64,000 nt of DNA from Candidatus Multivoradales bacterium (GCA_965248925.1 CBDFLE010000005.1:1952001-2016000), one strand, 5' to 3'. Counted from the stretch's first letter, positions 21,129-31,238 are shown. Numbers and translations are program-made. Notes: generated from the letters alone by a model not told the origin.

Positions 21129-21733
21129 TGGCCGACAGCGCTGTCGGCGCGCGCTATCTCGGTGGTCAGCTCACGCCGCAACCAAGCCCGTGCCATCTGC
21201 CAGCGGCGCGACACCGTGGCCGTGCCGATCCCGAGCAGGTCCGCCACCTCGGGAACGGTCAAACCTCCGAAGTATCGGAGCTCGACGATCCGCGCCGCTT
21301 GCGGATTGTGCCCGGCCAACTTGGTCAAGGCCTCGTCCAAGGCCAGAGAGTCCACCTGCCGACTCGATCCGGCAAGTCGCGAGGCATCGACCTTGACATG
21401 CTCGGCAGCGCCCCCCCGCTTGATCGCTGCACGGTGGCGCTGGCGGTCCACCAACACTTGGCGGACAACCTTGGACGCCAAGCCGAAGAAAGAGAGCCGG
21501 TTGTGCCATTCCAGATGGCCGGCCCGCGCAAGTTTCAAATAGGCTTCATTCACCGCCTCGGTCGGCTCGATGGTCAGGTCCGTACGGGCGAAAAGATGGC
21601 GGCCGGCAATCCGCCGCAAATCGCCGTAGACCCGTCTGAAGAGCGCCTCCCCTGCACCGGTATCGCCACCCTGCCAAGCCTGCAAAAGACCGGTTAGATC
21701 CTCGACTCTGCTCCCGGGGCCGGTAAGTGTCAT
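21125..21733 (-). CDS. ECF sigma factor (TIGR02999-like), coupled to the kinase gene
   Basis: 'LRRIA...PTEAVNEAYLKL', 'IVELRYFGGLT..EVA', 'W..ARAWL'. 4-nt overlap with the kinase start. Confidence 0.9.
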   Translation of the reverse strand: MTLTGPGSRVEDLTGLLQAWQGGDTGAGEALFRRVYGDLRRIAGRHLFARTDLTIEPTEAVNEAYLKLARAGHLEWHNRLSFFGLASKVVRQVLVDRQRHRAAIKRGGAAEHVKVDASRLAGSSRQVDSLALDEALTKLAGHNPQAARIVELRYFGGLTVPEVADLLGIGTATVSRRWQMARAWLRRELTTEIARADSAVGQ

Positions 21734-21852
21734 GGCTCTGTCCCCCTTCGCCGTTTCCCGTCTTCACTCACGCTTCTGCTCGGTACGTTAGCAGCCACCC
21801 AAAGACCTTGTCCAAAGAGAGACCAGCCACGATTCCGCTGCGTTCGCAACGG

Positions 21853-22085
21853 GTCTCCCTCGCCAATGTTTCGTCCACCTGTGGTTTCAGCGGTTTACAT
21901 CCCATACGCTTCAACGCATACATGTTGTCTGACAGAGCCCGAGGGGGGCATGATCGGGCCATGATCCGCGCTCTTCTAGCCGCCTTCGCTGCTCTACTCC
22001 GCTGCCTAACCGACCTCGCCCTCGAGAACGCGGCGCTTCACCAGCAGTTGGCGATCCTGAGGAGTCAGAGGCCGCGTCAACGGAT
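21853..22085 (+). mobile_element. Second, shorter left-end fragment of the IS family seen at 15276
   Basis: Aligns by eye with 15276-15500 (CCTCGCCAAT...GCATGATCGG.CCATGATCCG; 'LENAALHQQLAIL'). Confidence 0.7.
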
Positions 22086-22315
22086 TGTGGCGTCCACTGC
22101 CGTCCATTCGTCCGTCTGGATCCCCTCAGACGGCGACGGCGGCGCAAACGGAGAGATCGAAGATGATTTCAGAAGAGAAGAAGCAGGAGATCCTGCGCTA
22201 CCACTTCGTGGAGAAATGGCGGCCGGGCACGATCAGCCGGCAGCTCGGGATTCACTACGAGACGGTGCAGCGAGCCCTGCGGGAGGTCGAGCCCGAGACC
22301 GACGGACACCGGGCA
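22086..22315 (+). pseudogene. IS21-family left end and istA N-terminal fragment
   Basis: Starts TGTGGCGTCCAC. ATG 22163 'MISEEKKQEILRYHFVEKWRPGTISRQLGIHYETVQRAL' is an IstA-like HTH. Confidence 0.7.
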
Positions 22316-22336
22316 TGGGGAGGTCCTTCTGCTACC

Positions 22337-22351
22337 AGGCATCGGCCTTGC
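22337..22351 (+). promoter_or_regulatory. Putative sigma-54 (-24/-12) promoter
   Basis: AGGCATCGGCCTTGC has GG-N10-GC spacing, about 35 nt upstream of the STAS-like ORF. Confidence 0.45.
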
Positions 22352-22385
22352 CTACTGTTAGTCGTACTTGCAGCAACCTACAGCT

Positions 22386-22643
22386 ATGCGTCTCTGCATC
22401 ACCAAGACGACGGGGGGTACAACCACCGTCCTGCACATCGACGGCGAACTCCTCGGCGAAGGCGTGCGTGAGCTTGAAAGGGTCGCCCTCGCAGCCCATC
22501 CGCTGCGTCTCGATCTGACGAATCTTCTGCGGGCCGACACCGACGGCCTGGAGGTGCTGCTGCAGCTGGCCGCCGCCGGGGCGGATTTGGTGAGTATTCC
22601 GCCCTATTTCGCTCTATTACTCGAACGTCCATCCGGCAGCTAA
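22386..22643 (+). CDS. Small STAS-like (anti-anti-sigma-type) protein
   Basis: 'VLHIDGEL...LRLDLTNLLRADTDGLEVL' STAS-like pattern. Confidence 0.65.
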   Translation: MRLCITKTTGGTTTVLHIDGELLGEGVRELERVALAAHPLRLDLTNLLRADTDGLEVLLQLAAAGADLVSIPPYFALLLERPSGS

Positions 22644-22704
22644 TATAGGGCACAGCAGCAGGAATTTCCGAGGAACGCTTTGCGTAGCGCCAGGCAGAAA
22701 CACC

Positions 22705-22740
22705 GGGCAGAAACCTGCCCGCGCGGGCAGGTTTCTGCCC
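22705..22740. repeat. Perfect 36-bp palindrome made of two GGGCAG-N4-CTGCCC dyads
   Basis: GGGCAGAAACCTGCCCGCGCGGGCAGGTTTCTGCCC equals its own reverse complement. Confidence 0.85.
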
Positions 22741-22851
22741 ACCAAGCACTCTCGCTTCGCGGCTCCAAACCACCTGCCTCGGCTACCGACCTTCAGAAGA
22801 TCAGGTTGTATCGCCAGAGCGCCACCCGACGCTGCGATAGACTCCCCCGCC

Positions 22852-24747
22852 ATGGCAAGAACCCCCATCTTGACTCTGCTGGCCCTGTCGCTGGTGCTGG
22901 TGCTATCGCCCCTGGCGCTGCAGAAGCCGGGCCTACCGGTGACTCTGAAGGCTGACGAGCCGGCCTATCTGCTGATGGCTCTCAGCTTGGCCCACGACGG
23001 GGATTTGCGCTGTGACACCGGCGATCTGGCACGGCTGTTCGAGGAATATCCCTACCTGCCCGTGGACAACCTGATCTTGGCCAGTCCCGACGGCTGGCAT
23101 ACGGTGTTCTTCGGCAAGCCCTACATCTACTCGCTGCTGGCGGCACCGCTGGCCGGCTGGTTGGGTTCGAACGGCCTGCTGACCTTCAACATGCTGCTCT
23201 TCGTCGCCATGCTGTGGATGGGTTTCGTTTTCTTGCGCGCCACCAACGACGAGGCCACCGCGGCGCTGTTCACGGTCGGCTTCTTCTTGCTCAGTTCCAC
23301 TTTCGCCTACGTTTTCTGGTTGCAGCCTGAGCTGCTCAACATGTGCAGCGTAATGGCCTGCCTGTTCTTCGGCTTGCACCGCTTCAACTACCCGCCGGGC
23401 AACCGCTGGTGGCCACGCCTGGCATCGGTGATTTCGGGCGCGGCGCTGGTGTTCGCGGTCTACAACAAGCCGTTTCTGGCCCTGCTCGGCGTACCGGTGC
23501 TGCTGTCCTACTTGCTGGCGCGGCGCTGGCGCGCCACCGCTGCCTGGCTGAGCGCAGCGCTGGCGGGCATGGCGCTGGTGGCGGCAGTGAGCTGGGCGCT
23601 GACCGGCCAGGTGACGCCGTACCTGGGAGTTGATCGAGCCGGAGTGCCAGTCAAGACTCCCCATGTGATGCCCATTCAGCCAGTGGGACCTGCTCCCGGC
23701 TCTCCAGCGGCCATCCAAGCAGCCGCCGACCGCCACGGTGAGAAGAAAACCCACTCGGCGAGCTGGAATTGGTTGTTCACCAAGCCGGTGACCACCGCCG
23801 GTGAAGTGGTCGACGATCTGCGCTACTTCTTGATCGGTCGCCACTCTGGCATGCTGGCCTACCAACCCTTTGCCTTCCTCTGCCTGGGGCTGTTCGCCTT
23901 CGCTGGCTGGCGGGGCTCGCGGGCTTGGCTGCGGTGGACGATCTTGGCCTCGCTCGGGGTCGTGGCACTGGCCTTTATCCTACAAATTCCCTTCAACTGG
24001 CATGGCGGCGGCGGTTTTGTCGGCAATCGCTATTTCATCAACGCCTATCCGGCCTTTCTCTTTCTGGTGACGGCGATCCGCCCGCGGCTGCTGCTGGTCG
24101 CCGGCTGGGCGGTAGGCGGACTGTTCACCCTGCCCTTCATCACCGCCCCGCTGGGCGCCGTGGTGCCGTCACCGACTTTGCAAGCTCACACCCGCTCAGC
24201 TGCTCACCAGCTGCTGCCTTACGATCTTGTCCTGCGCGAGATTCCGGGCTACCTCGGCTATGTCGAAGACTCGATCTATATTCGCGGCCGCCGCGACCAA
24301 GTGCGGCTGGCGCCGCGGCCAGAAGGGCCGGCCGAGCTGCTGCTGCGCGGCGCCGACCGGGTCGAGTTGATCGTCCAAACCACCGTGCCGCTGCGTCAGC
24401 TGACGGTCGCGATCAGCAGTCCTTCAGCCAACAATCCGGTGACTTTGCGGCTCGGCAAGGATCGCCGCCAGATCATCGCCGGGCCGGACTGGCAGCAGCT
24501 AACCCTGGCCGCCGGCAAACCGCTGCTGATCCGCGACGAGCGCTCGATGGACGACTTCACGCATCCCTATCGGGTTTGGGCCTATCGATTGATGATAGAA
24601 ACCGAGCGTGGCGAGATACCCGCGTGGCACGGTCGCGGCCAGCACCATTTCTACCTCGGCAGCCGGCTGAAGATCTTGGGCCAGGGCCAAGCCGCAACCA
24701 GCCAACCTCCAGCCAACTCCGAGCAAGACCCCGAGAATCCACCGTGA
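22852..24747 (+). CDS. Polytopic membrane protein, probable GT-C-fold glycosyltransferase
   Basis: 'DE..Y' in the first loop, many TM helices, late 'GGG..GNRYF' motif; translationally coupled to a GT2 gene. Confidence 0.6.
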   Translation: MARTPILTLLALSLVLVLSPLALQKPGLPVTLKADEPAYLLMALSLAHDGDLRCDTGDLARLFEEYPYLPVDNLILASPDGWHTVFFGKPYIYSLLAAPLAGWLGSNGLLTFNMLLFVAMLWMGFVFLRATNDEATAALFTVGFFLLSSTFAYVFWLQPELLNMCSVMACLFFGLHRFNYPPGNRWWPRLASVISGAALVFAVYNKPFLALLGVPVLLSYLLARRWRATAAWLSAALAGMALVAAVSWALTGQVTPYLGVDRAGVPVKTPHVMPIQPVGPAPGSPAAIQAAADRHGEKKTHSASWNWLFTKPVTTAGEVVDDLRYFLIGRHSGMLAYQPFAFLCLGLFAFAGWRGSRAWLRWTILASLGVVALAFILQIPFNWHGGGGFVGNRYFINAYPAFLFLVTAIRPRLLLVAGWAVGGLFTLPFITAPLGAVVPSPTLQAHTRSAAHQLLPYDLVLREIPGYLGYVEDSIYIRGRRDQVRLAPRPEGPAELLLRGADRVELIVQTTVPLRQLTVAISSPSANNPVTLRLGKDRRQIIAGPDWQQLTLAAGKPLLIRDERSMDDFTHPYRVWAYRLMIETERGEIPAWHGRGQHHFYLGSRLKILGQGQAATSQPPANSEQDPENPP

Positions 24748-25655
24748 GCCACCCCCGCGTCGCCTGCCTCGTGCTCAACTACAACGGCCGCGAGATTACC
24801 CTCGAAGCGCTGGCCAGCTTGAGCCGGATGAGCTACCCAGCCTTCGACTTGATCCACATCGACAATGGCTCTTCGGACGGCTCCTTCGTCGCCGTGGCTG
24901 AGGCCTTTCCGGAAGTGCGCCAAGTACGGGTAGAGACCAACCAGGGGCCGACCCACGGCCTCAACCAGGGCCTGCTAGCCGGTCTAGAAGGCGACTATGA
25001 CTACCTGCTATCGCTGAATAACGACATCGAAGTCGACCCGGAGATGGTCACCGAGATGGTGCGTCTGGCGGAGAGCGATCCGCGGATCGCCTGCGTCGGC
25101 CCCAAGGCGTACTACTTCTGGGATCGCGAACGGCTGTGGTCGGCCGGCGGCATCATTCGTTTTAAGCAGTCAGTGACCCGCGAACGCGGTATGGGCGAGA
25201 TCGATCGCGGGCAGTACGACAATGATCAAGAGGTCGGCTACATCAACGGCTGCGCCATCTTGATGCGTCGCTCGGTGGTCGAAGAGATCGGCATTTGGGA
25301 TCCGATTTTCAACCTGGCGGTCGAAGACGCCGACTGGTGCATGCGCAGCAAACGCCGCGGCTACCGCTGCATGTACTGCCATCGCGCCGTGCTGTGGCAT
25401 ATGGTCTCGGCCACCGCCGGCAACTACCAGCCGAGCCGCACCTTCTTCACCGGGCGCGCCAACGCCATCTTCGTGCGCCGCTATGGCGGGCCGCTGGAGT
25501 GGCTGACCTTCGTGCTGTGGAGCGCCCTCGGCCTGCCCTTGGCCTTCCTGCGCGAATTGCCCAAGCGCAATCAGGGCGCCGCCATCGCCAAGCTCAAGGG
25601 CATTTTCACCGGTCTGCGGGTGCCGATGAGCGAGCCCCCCGGCAGCACCGGTTGA
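24744..25655 (+). CDS. Glycosyltransferase family 2
   Basis: GTG start overlapping the upstream stop; 'LVLNYNG', 'IDNGSSDGS', 'LNNDIEV', 'EDADWC'. Confidence 0.9.
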   Translation: MSHPRVACLVLNYNGREITLEALASLSRMSYPAFDLIHIDNGSSDGSFVAVAEAFPEVRQVRVETNQGPTHGLNQGLLAGLEGDYDYLLSLNNDIEVDPEMVTEMVRLAESDPRIACVGPKAYYFWDRERLWSAGGIIRFKQSVTRERGMGEIDRGQYDNDQEVGYINGCAILMRRSVVEEIGIWDPIFNLAVEDADWCMRSKRRGYRCMYCHRAVLWHMVSATAGNYQPSRTFFTGRANAIFVRRYGGPLEWLTFVLWSALGLPLAFLRELPKRNQGAAIAKLKGIFTGLRVPMSEPPGSTG

Positions 25656-25666
25656 GAGGAGCAATT

Positions 25667-26923
25667 TTGCGCCGAGAACTGAGCTTACTCGCCACCGCCT
25701 GGTGGATGCTAACCCTCGCTTGTGCCCCGCCGAGCGAGAATCCCGAGCCACCCCAGCCAGTCCCAGCGCCGGCTCCACCGCGGGTCGCCGTCGGTCTGGA
25801 ACAACCCACCATTTTCCACCCCTTGCTAGCCGGCAAACGTCTCGGTCTGGTGGTCCACGGCGCCTCGCAGACCTGGGACGGACGCCACGCCATCGATGTG
25901 TTTCGTGATGCCGGGCTCGACGTGGTGCGGCTCTTCTCCCCCGAGCACGGACTGCGTGGCCAAGCCGCGGCCGGTGAGGCAGTCGCTAGAGGTCTCGACA
26001 CGGCAAGCGGCTTGCCGGTAGTGAGCCTCTATGGCGCCGAGCACCAACCCCAGCCGGCCGATCTGGCGGATCTCGAGGCGCTGGTATTCGATCTGCAAGG
26101 TGCCGGCGTGCGCTTCTACACCTACGTCTCGACGCTGATTCTGTGCCTCGAAGCGGCTGCCGAAAACGATCTCGAGTTCATCGTGCTCGACCGCCCCAAC
26201 CCGCTCAGTGGGGTGCGTATCGAAGGCCCGGTGGCGGCGCCGCGCGAGCAGGTAGCGGCCAGTTTCGTCAACCTGGCGCCGGGGCCGCTGGTCCACGGTC
26301 TGACGCTGGGAGAGATGGCCCGGCAAGTCAACGGCACTCGCCAGCAGCCAGCCCGGCTAACGGTGGTGAAGATGGCCGGTTGGCAGCGCGCCATGACCTG
26401 GGCCGACACTGGCCGCCCTTGGCTGCCGCCATCGCCCAACCTGCGCAGCGCCGAAGCCGCCATGGCCTACCCCGGCAGCGCTCTCTTCGAAGCCACCAAC
26501 GCCTCTGAAGGCCGCGGCACCGAGGCCCCCTTCTTGCTCCTCGGAGCGCCCTGGTTCGATCCTGGTCCCCGAGTTCTGGTGCGCCATGGATTCGAACTGC
26601 GCCCGGCCCGCTTCGTGCCCCAGCCCTCACCAGCGGCGCCCAAGCCCAAGCTGCTCAACCAACAGTGCGCTGGCTGGCGACTGTCGGTAGTCGACGCCAA
26701 GGCTGCCCATCCCTACGCCCTCGGCCTCGAATTGGTCGCCCAACTAGCCGCCGAGCCAGAGTTCGAATGGCGCCGCCAGGGTGCCGCCCTGACCTGGCTG
26801 CTGGGCACTCCACGGGTTTATCAACAGCTCGCTGATGGCCGACCGATCAGCGAAATTCTGGCCCAAGACCATGCCGACCACGTCGCTTGGCGAAAGCAAA
26901 GCCACGACGCCCGGCTGTATTGA
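25667..26923 (+). CDS. namZ: Exo-beta-N-acetylmuramidase NamZ (DUF1343), lipoprotein-like
   Basis: 'LFSPEHGLRG', 'VSLYG', 'FDLQGAGVRFYTY', 'VLDRPNP', 'PSPN', 'SEGRGT'; lipobox LAC. Start codon uncertain. Confidence 0.88.
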   Translation: MRRELSLLATAWWMLTLACAPPSENPEPPQPVPAPAPPRVAVGLEQPTIFHPLLAGKRLGLVVHGASQTWDGRHAIDVFRDAGLDVVRLFSPEHGLRGQAAAGEAVARGLDTASGLPVVSLYGAEHQPQPADLADLEALVFDLQGAGVRFYTYVSTLILCLEAAAENDLEFIVLDRPNPLSGVRIEGPVAAPREQVAASFVNLAPGPLVHGLTLGEMARQVNGTRQQPARLTVVKMAGWQRAMTWADTGRPWLPPSPNLRSAEAAMAYPGSALFEATNASEGRGTEAPFLLLGAPWFDPGPRVLVRHGFELRPARFVPQPSPAAPKPKLLNQQCAGWRLSVVDAKAAHPYALGLELVAQLAAEPEFEWRRQGAALTWLLGTPRVYQQLADGRPISEILAQDHADHVAWRKQSHDARLY

Positions 26924-27139
26924 CTAACGACCCCGAGGGCCGACCACCTGGCCCGCGCTGGAGATTTCGAGCAAGATAGCCTCCCTTCCATCCGACATTT
27001 CCTATAACAAGTGCTTGCAGGCCCGCAATCGAAGGGTCATACTCTTAGAGCTTAAATCAAATTAGCCGATAGGCTTGCGTTCAGCCACCCCGCCTGGCGA
27101 TCCTCCTATCCACTTCTAGAAATTTCTGGAGTCCAAGAA

Positions 27140-28873
27140 ATGCTGCGATCTTCCCTCCGGCTTGCAATTGCTGCGCTGCTCGTCACCAGCGCGCTGCCCA
27201 CCGTCGCCCAGACCACCGGCCACACCATCGACCAGAGTCGTGGCGTCGACGCGCGGGTCGACTATGCCTCTCTCGCCGGTATCGGTCCTTGGGATGACCG
27301 CAACTACCAGTTGACCCAAGAAGACATCGCATTGCTGACCGACAACGAGCGCGAACTGAACGAGGGCATTCCGGCCTTCTACCGCGTCCACTTGCGGCGC
27401 ACCTTCCTCGACATGCCACGCACCGGCGAGCTGCAATATCCGCGCAGCGGCCTGCCCCGCTTCCTCAACGAATACGGCGGCTACTTGATCGACGGCAAGG
27501 TCTACACCCAGGTCGAGCACCACGGCAACAGCTGGCTTATCGATACCAGCAAAGGCGGCGTGTTGGAAAAGGCGTTCATCGCCCAGCGTGCTTTAGAGGG
27601 AGATGTGCGGGTGACCACCCCGATAGGCGCCGCCGAGTCGTCGATCGAGATCAATCCTGTCAATCCGATGCAGGTCGTCGCCGGCTCCAACGGCCCCGGC
27701 GGTGGTCAGCGCATGCACTACTCCACCGATGGGGGCGAGACCTGGACTCAAAGCGCAGCCCTACCCCTCGGCGGCACCTGCTGTGATCCGACCATCGATT
27801 GGTCGTCCGACGGCACCAAGGTCTACGCCGCCACCCTCGGCTCCGGTGTCTTCGTCTACCGTTCGGCCGACGGTGGCCAGACCTGGACCGACCTCGACAC
27901 TGAACCCGGTAACGATCCGCGCCGCGAACTCGGCGGCGGCGTCGACAAAGAGTTCCTCCATGTCGACCGCTATCCCACCTCGCCGCATCTGGACAATGTC
28001 TACCTGTCCTGGCATCAGGCCAACATCCAGCAATTCGCCTGCTCGACCGATTTCGGCCACACTTGGACGAGCCAAAACTTCGGTTCTGACCCACGCGGCA
28101 TCGGCTCGGACATCACCACCGACAAGGGCGGCACCGTCTACTACTTCTGGCCCAACACCAGTGGCCGCCTGATCCTGCTCAAACGCTCCACCGACGGCGG
28201 CGTCACTTTCGAAGCTGGCACGGTGACGGTAGCCACCACTGAAGGCTCGTTCATCTTCCCCTTGCCCTCGACCGAGAGCCGCGAGGTGTTTATCTACACA
28301 TCGGTCGACGTCGACTACTCAGACGGTCCCTTCGGCGACAGTATCTATGCCGCCTGGACCGACAACACCGGCCCGGATAGCGGCACTGCCGCCAACAACC
28401 ACGGTCGCATCCAGGTGGGCTATTCGCGCGATGGTGGCGACACCTGGACCCTCACCACGCCGCACGAGACCGCCGACGCCAACACCGTCGACCGCTGGCA
28501 CCAATGGCTGGCGGTGGGTCCGGACGGCAAGGTCTATGTGATGTTCTACGACACCCGTGTCAGCGGTCGCACCTCGGTCGATGTTTTCTACTCGGTGTCG
28601 AGTGACGGTGCCCAAACCTGGTCGACACCGGCCCGGCTGACCACCGCAACTTCGCCCAACAGCACCAGCGGCTTCGAATTCGGCGACTACAATGGCATGG
28701 ACGTAGCGGTGAACCAGCTGATCACAATTTTTTCCGATAACCGGGATGAGAATGGCGGCGGCGCCCAATCGATGGATGTCTACTCCGCCGGCTTGCTAAC
28801 CGGTGAGACGCCGATCTTCGAGGACGGGTTTGAGAGCAACGGCACCACGATGTGGGACTTCACCATGCCCTAG
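27140..28873 (+). CDS. Secreted BNR/Asp-box beta-propeller (sialidase-like) protein with C-terminal IFEDGFES motif
   Basis: Signal peptide; several SxDGGxTW Asp-boxes; 'FGDYNG'. Confidence 0.8.
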   Translation: MLRSSLRLAIAALLVTSALPTVAQTTGHTIDQSRGVDARVDYASLAGIGPWDDRNYQLTQEDIALLTDNERELNEGIPAFYRVHLRRTFLDMPRTGELQYPRSGLPRFLNEYGGYLIDGKVYTQVEHHGNSWLIDTSKGGVLEKAFIAQRALEGDVRVTTPIGAAESSIEINPVNPMQVVAGSNGPGGGQRMHYSTDGGETWTQSAALPLGGTCCDPTIDWSSDGTKVYAATLGSGVFVYRSADGGQTWTDLDTEPGNDPRRELGGGVDKEFLHVDRYPTSPHLDNVYLSWHQANIQQFACSTDFGHTWTSQNFGSDPRGIGSDITTDKGGTVYYFWPNTSGRLILLKRSTDGGVTFEAGTVTVATTEGSFIFPLPSTESREVFIYTSVDVDYSDGPFGDSIYAAWTDNTGPDSGTAANNHGRIQVGYSRDGGDTWTLTTPHETADANTVDRWHQWLAVGPDGKVYVMFYDTRVSGRTSVDVFYSVSSDGAQTWSTPARLTTATSPNSTSGFEFGDYNGMDVAVNQLITIFSDNRDENGGGAQSMDVYSAGLLTGETPIFEDGFESNGTTMWDFTMP

Positions 28874-28928
28874 CGGCCCCAGGACCAGGCGCCGTCCGGC
28901 GTCTGGTCTGTCTCTACGCTCAAACTCC

Positions 28929-30224
28929 TTAGTCGAGCAGCCGCTGGGCGGCCCGCTCACCACTCTCGTAGGCCTCGTCGGTCCAGTGGTAGCCCCACTC
29001 GCCATAGCGACCGGCGGTCTCGATGCCGATCTCCTGCAAATAGCCGCGCACGGTGGCTAGCGCCGCCGGCCGATCCAGGTCGAAAATGACATTGGCGTAG
29101 GGCACCAAGCGAGCACTGCGATGCAAGATGCTGTCGTCGGGGCGTAGCAGGCCGCAGCGTTTGAGATCGTTGATCACCGGCTCGATGCACTTTTCGGGGG
29201 AGCGATCGAGGGGACGGTATTTGGCCGAGTAGTAGACCTCGGCCTGAATGCTGCCAGCGCCGGGCGGCACGTTGTTGGGCGACAGCATGTGGGGAAAGCT
29301 CAGGCGGGTGAAGAAGTAGTCGTCGTCGTAAAAATAGGTCCAATGGGCCGGCGACAGATCCAGGCGATCGATGCCGAGATTGACCACCACGCAGGTGGTG
29401 CAAGCGAGCTGAGCAGCGGCTTGGAGAACCTCCTCGGGAACGCCTTGAATTCTCTGCACCAGCTCGGGCAGCGGCAGGGAGGAAATCAACTGACCAAAGG
29501 GCAGCTGGCTGCCGTCGGCAAAGGTCAGTCGGCCCGCCGCAGGCTCGATGCGGGTGACCTCGCGACCAAGTTCGAGGCGGCTTTGGCCGATGAAATCGCG
29601 CAAGAAGGCGACGAAACCACCATGGCTGGGATAGCGAAAGTTGTCAACGTAATGAACGTCCGCGGTCTGTGCCGACAGGGCGCCGCGTAGCACCTCTTCA
29701 AGATCCGGCCGATAGAGCCGCGGGCCGAGCCAGTCGGTGGTCATCCGGGCCGCTGCGCAAGTGTGGTACTTGTGGCCGTAGCGCAGCGGAAAGGTCTCAG
29801 CAAAGGTGCGGCCATAGCTCGCCACTAGCCAGTCTTCGTAGTGGCGAATCGCCGGATCCTGCTGCTGACTGGCGGCAACAAAATCGCGGATCACCGCCAC
29901 CACCAGATCCTCGGGCAAGCCATGCAGATTGCACTGCGCCGGGTGCTTGATCCACTGACCCCGCCAGTGATTGTTGACCCGAGTCTGCAAGACCTCGAAC
30001 TCGCCGCCGACGCTGTCGGCGAAGAGCTGCTGCAAGCGCTGATTCTTGGTGAAAGAGATATGCGGTCCGTCGTCAAACAAGAAATCGCCATGCTCGAAGC
30101 TGGCGGCATGGCCGCCGGCAAAGCTGTTCCTGTCGAAAATCCGTGCCTGCCGACCAGCATCGCGCAAGCGTTGGGCCGCGCCCAAGCCGGCCAAGCCAGC
30201 GCCGAGAATGACAATCTCGCTCAA
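28929..30224 (-). CDS. FAD-dependent oxidoreductase (protoporphyrinogen oxidase/UDP-galactopyranose mutase-like)
   Basis: 'ILGAGLAGL', 'FDDGPH', 'F.YP..GG', 'GRYGEW.Y'. Confidence 0.8.
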   Translation of the reverse strand: MSEIVILGAGLAGLGAAQRLRDAGRQARIFDRNSFAGGHAASFEHGDFLFDDGPHISFTKNQRLQQLFADSVGGEFEVLQTRVNNHWRGQWIKHPAQCNLHGLPEDLVVAVIRDFVAASQQQDPAIRHYEDWLVASYGRTFAETFPLRYGHKYHTCAAARMTTDWLGPRLYRPDLEEVLRGALSAQTADVHYVDNFRYPSHGGFVAFLRDFIGQSRLELGREVTRIEPAAGRLTFADGSQLPFGQLISSLPLPELVQRIQGVPEEVLQAAAQLACTTCVVVNLGIDRLDLSPAHWTYFYDDDYFFTRLSFPHMLSPNNVPPGAGSIQAEVYYSAKYRPLDRSPEKCIEPVINDLKRCGLLRPDDSILHRSARLVPYANVIFDLDRPAALATVRGYLQEIGIETAGRYGEWGYHWTDEAYESGERAAQRLLD

Positions 30225-31165
30225 GTTCCTTCCTCTCCCAAAGCCAGTTCAACCCGCCACCAATCGACCGTCTGCCGCAGTCCCTCATCTAGGCTCAGTC
30301 GCGGTCGCCAGCCGAGTTCGTCGCGCAGCCGCGAGACATCAGCCACCACCCGCGGCGGATCGTCCGCCGGCACCGCCAGGGCCCCCAGCTCGACCAGATC
30401 CTCGCGCCCGATCCAGCGCGCCGCGCCGAGGATCAGGCGACGCAATTCGACGGCCTCGCCCGAGGCAATATTGATCGGCCCGTCGAGCTCGCTATCGAGC
30501 ACCTTCACCAAGGCATCGGCGGCATCGATGGTCGAGAGATAGTCTCGTAACTGGCGACCGTGCGAACAACGCGCCGGCTCGCCGCGGAGCAAGGCATGGA
30601 TTACCGAAGCCAACAGCCGCGGCGGTTTTTCGTACGCGCCGTAAAGGAAGAACAACCGCGCCCAGGCACCGCCCAAGGGCGGACCGTGGTGGGCGATGAA
30701 ATCGGTGAACAGCTCACTGAGCGCCCGCTTGGCAAGGCCATAGGTAGTGCTCGGAACGAGCGGCGTGTGCAACTCCGAGCAGGGCTCCTCGCCCCACGCA
30801 TACTCCGCGCTACTGCCAACGAAGACCACCCGCTGGCCGCCACCGGCGACGAAATCGCGCAGCAGCTCCAGGCTGGCGGCCAGCCAGCGGTAGTTCTCGG
30901 CGCTGCGGTAGATTTCGCGACCGGAGTGCCAGGCCAGATGCAGCAGGTGGCTGGGGCGACTTTCGGCGAGCAACCCCCGGCGGGCAGCTGGATCGAGCAA
31001 GTCGGCCTGGCGCCAGTGCAATCGCCCCTGATCATTGACCGCATGGCTGCTCGACGCCGCCCAGACTTCGAAACCAGCATCGAGCAGCCGTTGTTGGCAA
31101 GGTTGGCCGACCAAGCCGCTGGCGCCGGTCAGCAACACCCTTTTCGTGCCCTCGGAACTCTCCAT
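30221..31165 (-). CDS. NAD-dependent epimerase/dehydratase
   Basis: 'LLTGASGLVG', 'HLAW', YGLAK (YxxxK), 'RDYL', 'NIASG'. Confidence 0.88.
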   Translation of the reverse strand: MESSEGTKRVLLTGASGLVGQPCQQRLLDAGFEVWAASSSHAVNDQGRLHWRQADLLDPAARRGLLAESRPSHLLHLAWHSGREIYRSAENYRWLAASLELLRDFVAGGGQRVVFVGSSAEYAWGEEPCSELHTPLVPSTTYGLAKRALSELFTDFIAHHGPPLGGAWARLFFLYGAYEKPPRLLASVIHALLRGEPARCSHGRQLRDYLSTIDAADALVKVLDSELDGPINIASGEAVELRRLILGAARWIGREDLVELGALAVPADDPPRVVADVSRLRDELGWRPRLSLDEGLRQTVDWWRVELALGEEGT

Positions 31166-31238
31166 GGGCGAGAGAATACTCTGCCGGCAACTACTTTGCG
31201 ATCCTCCGCCCCAGGGGTGGTCGGAATGAGGCCACCAT

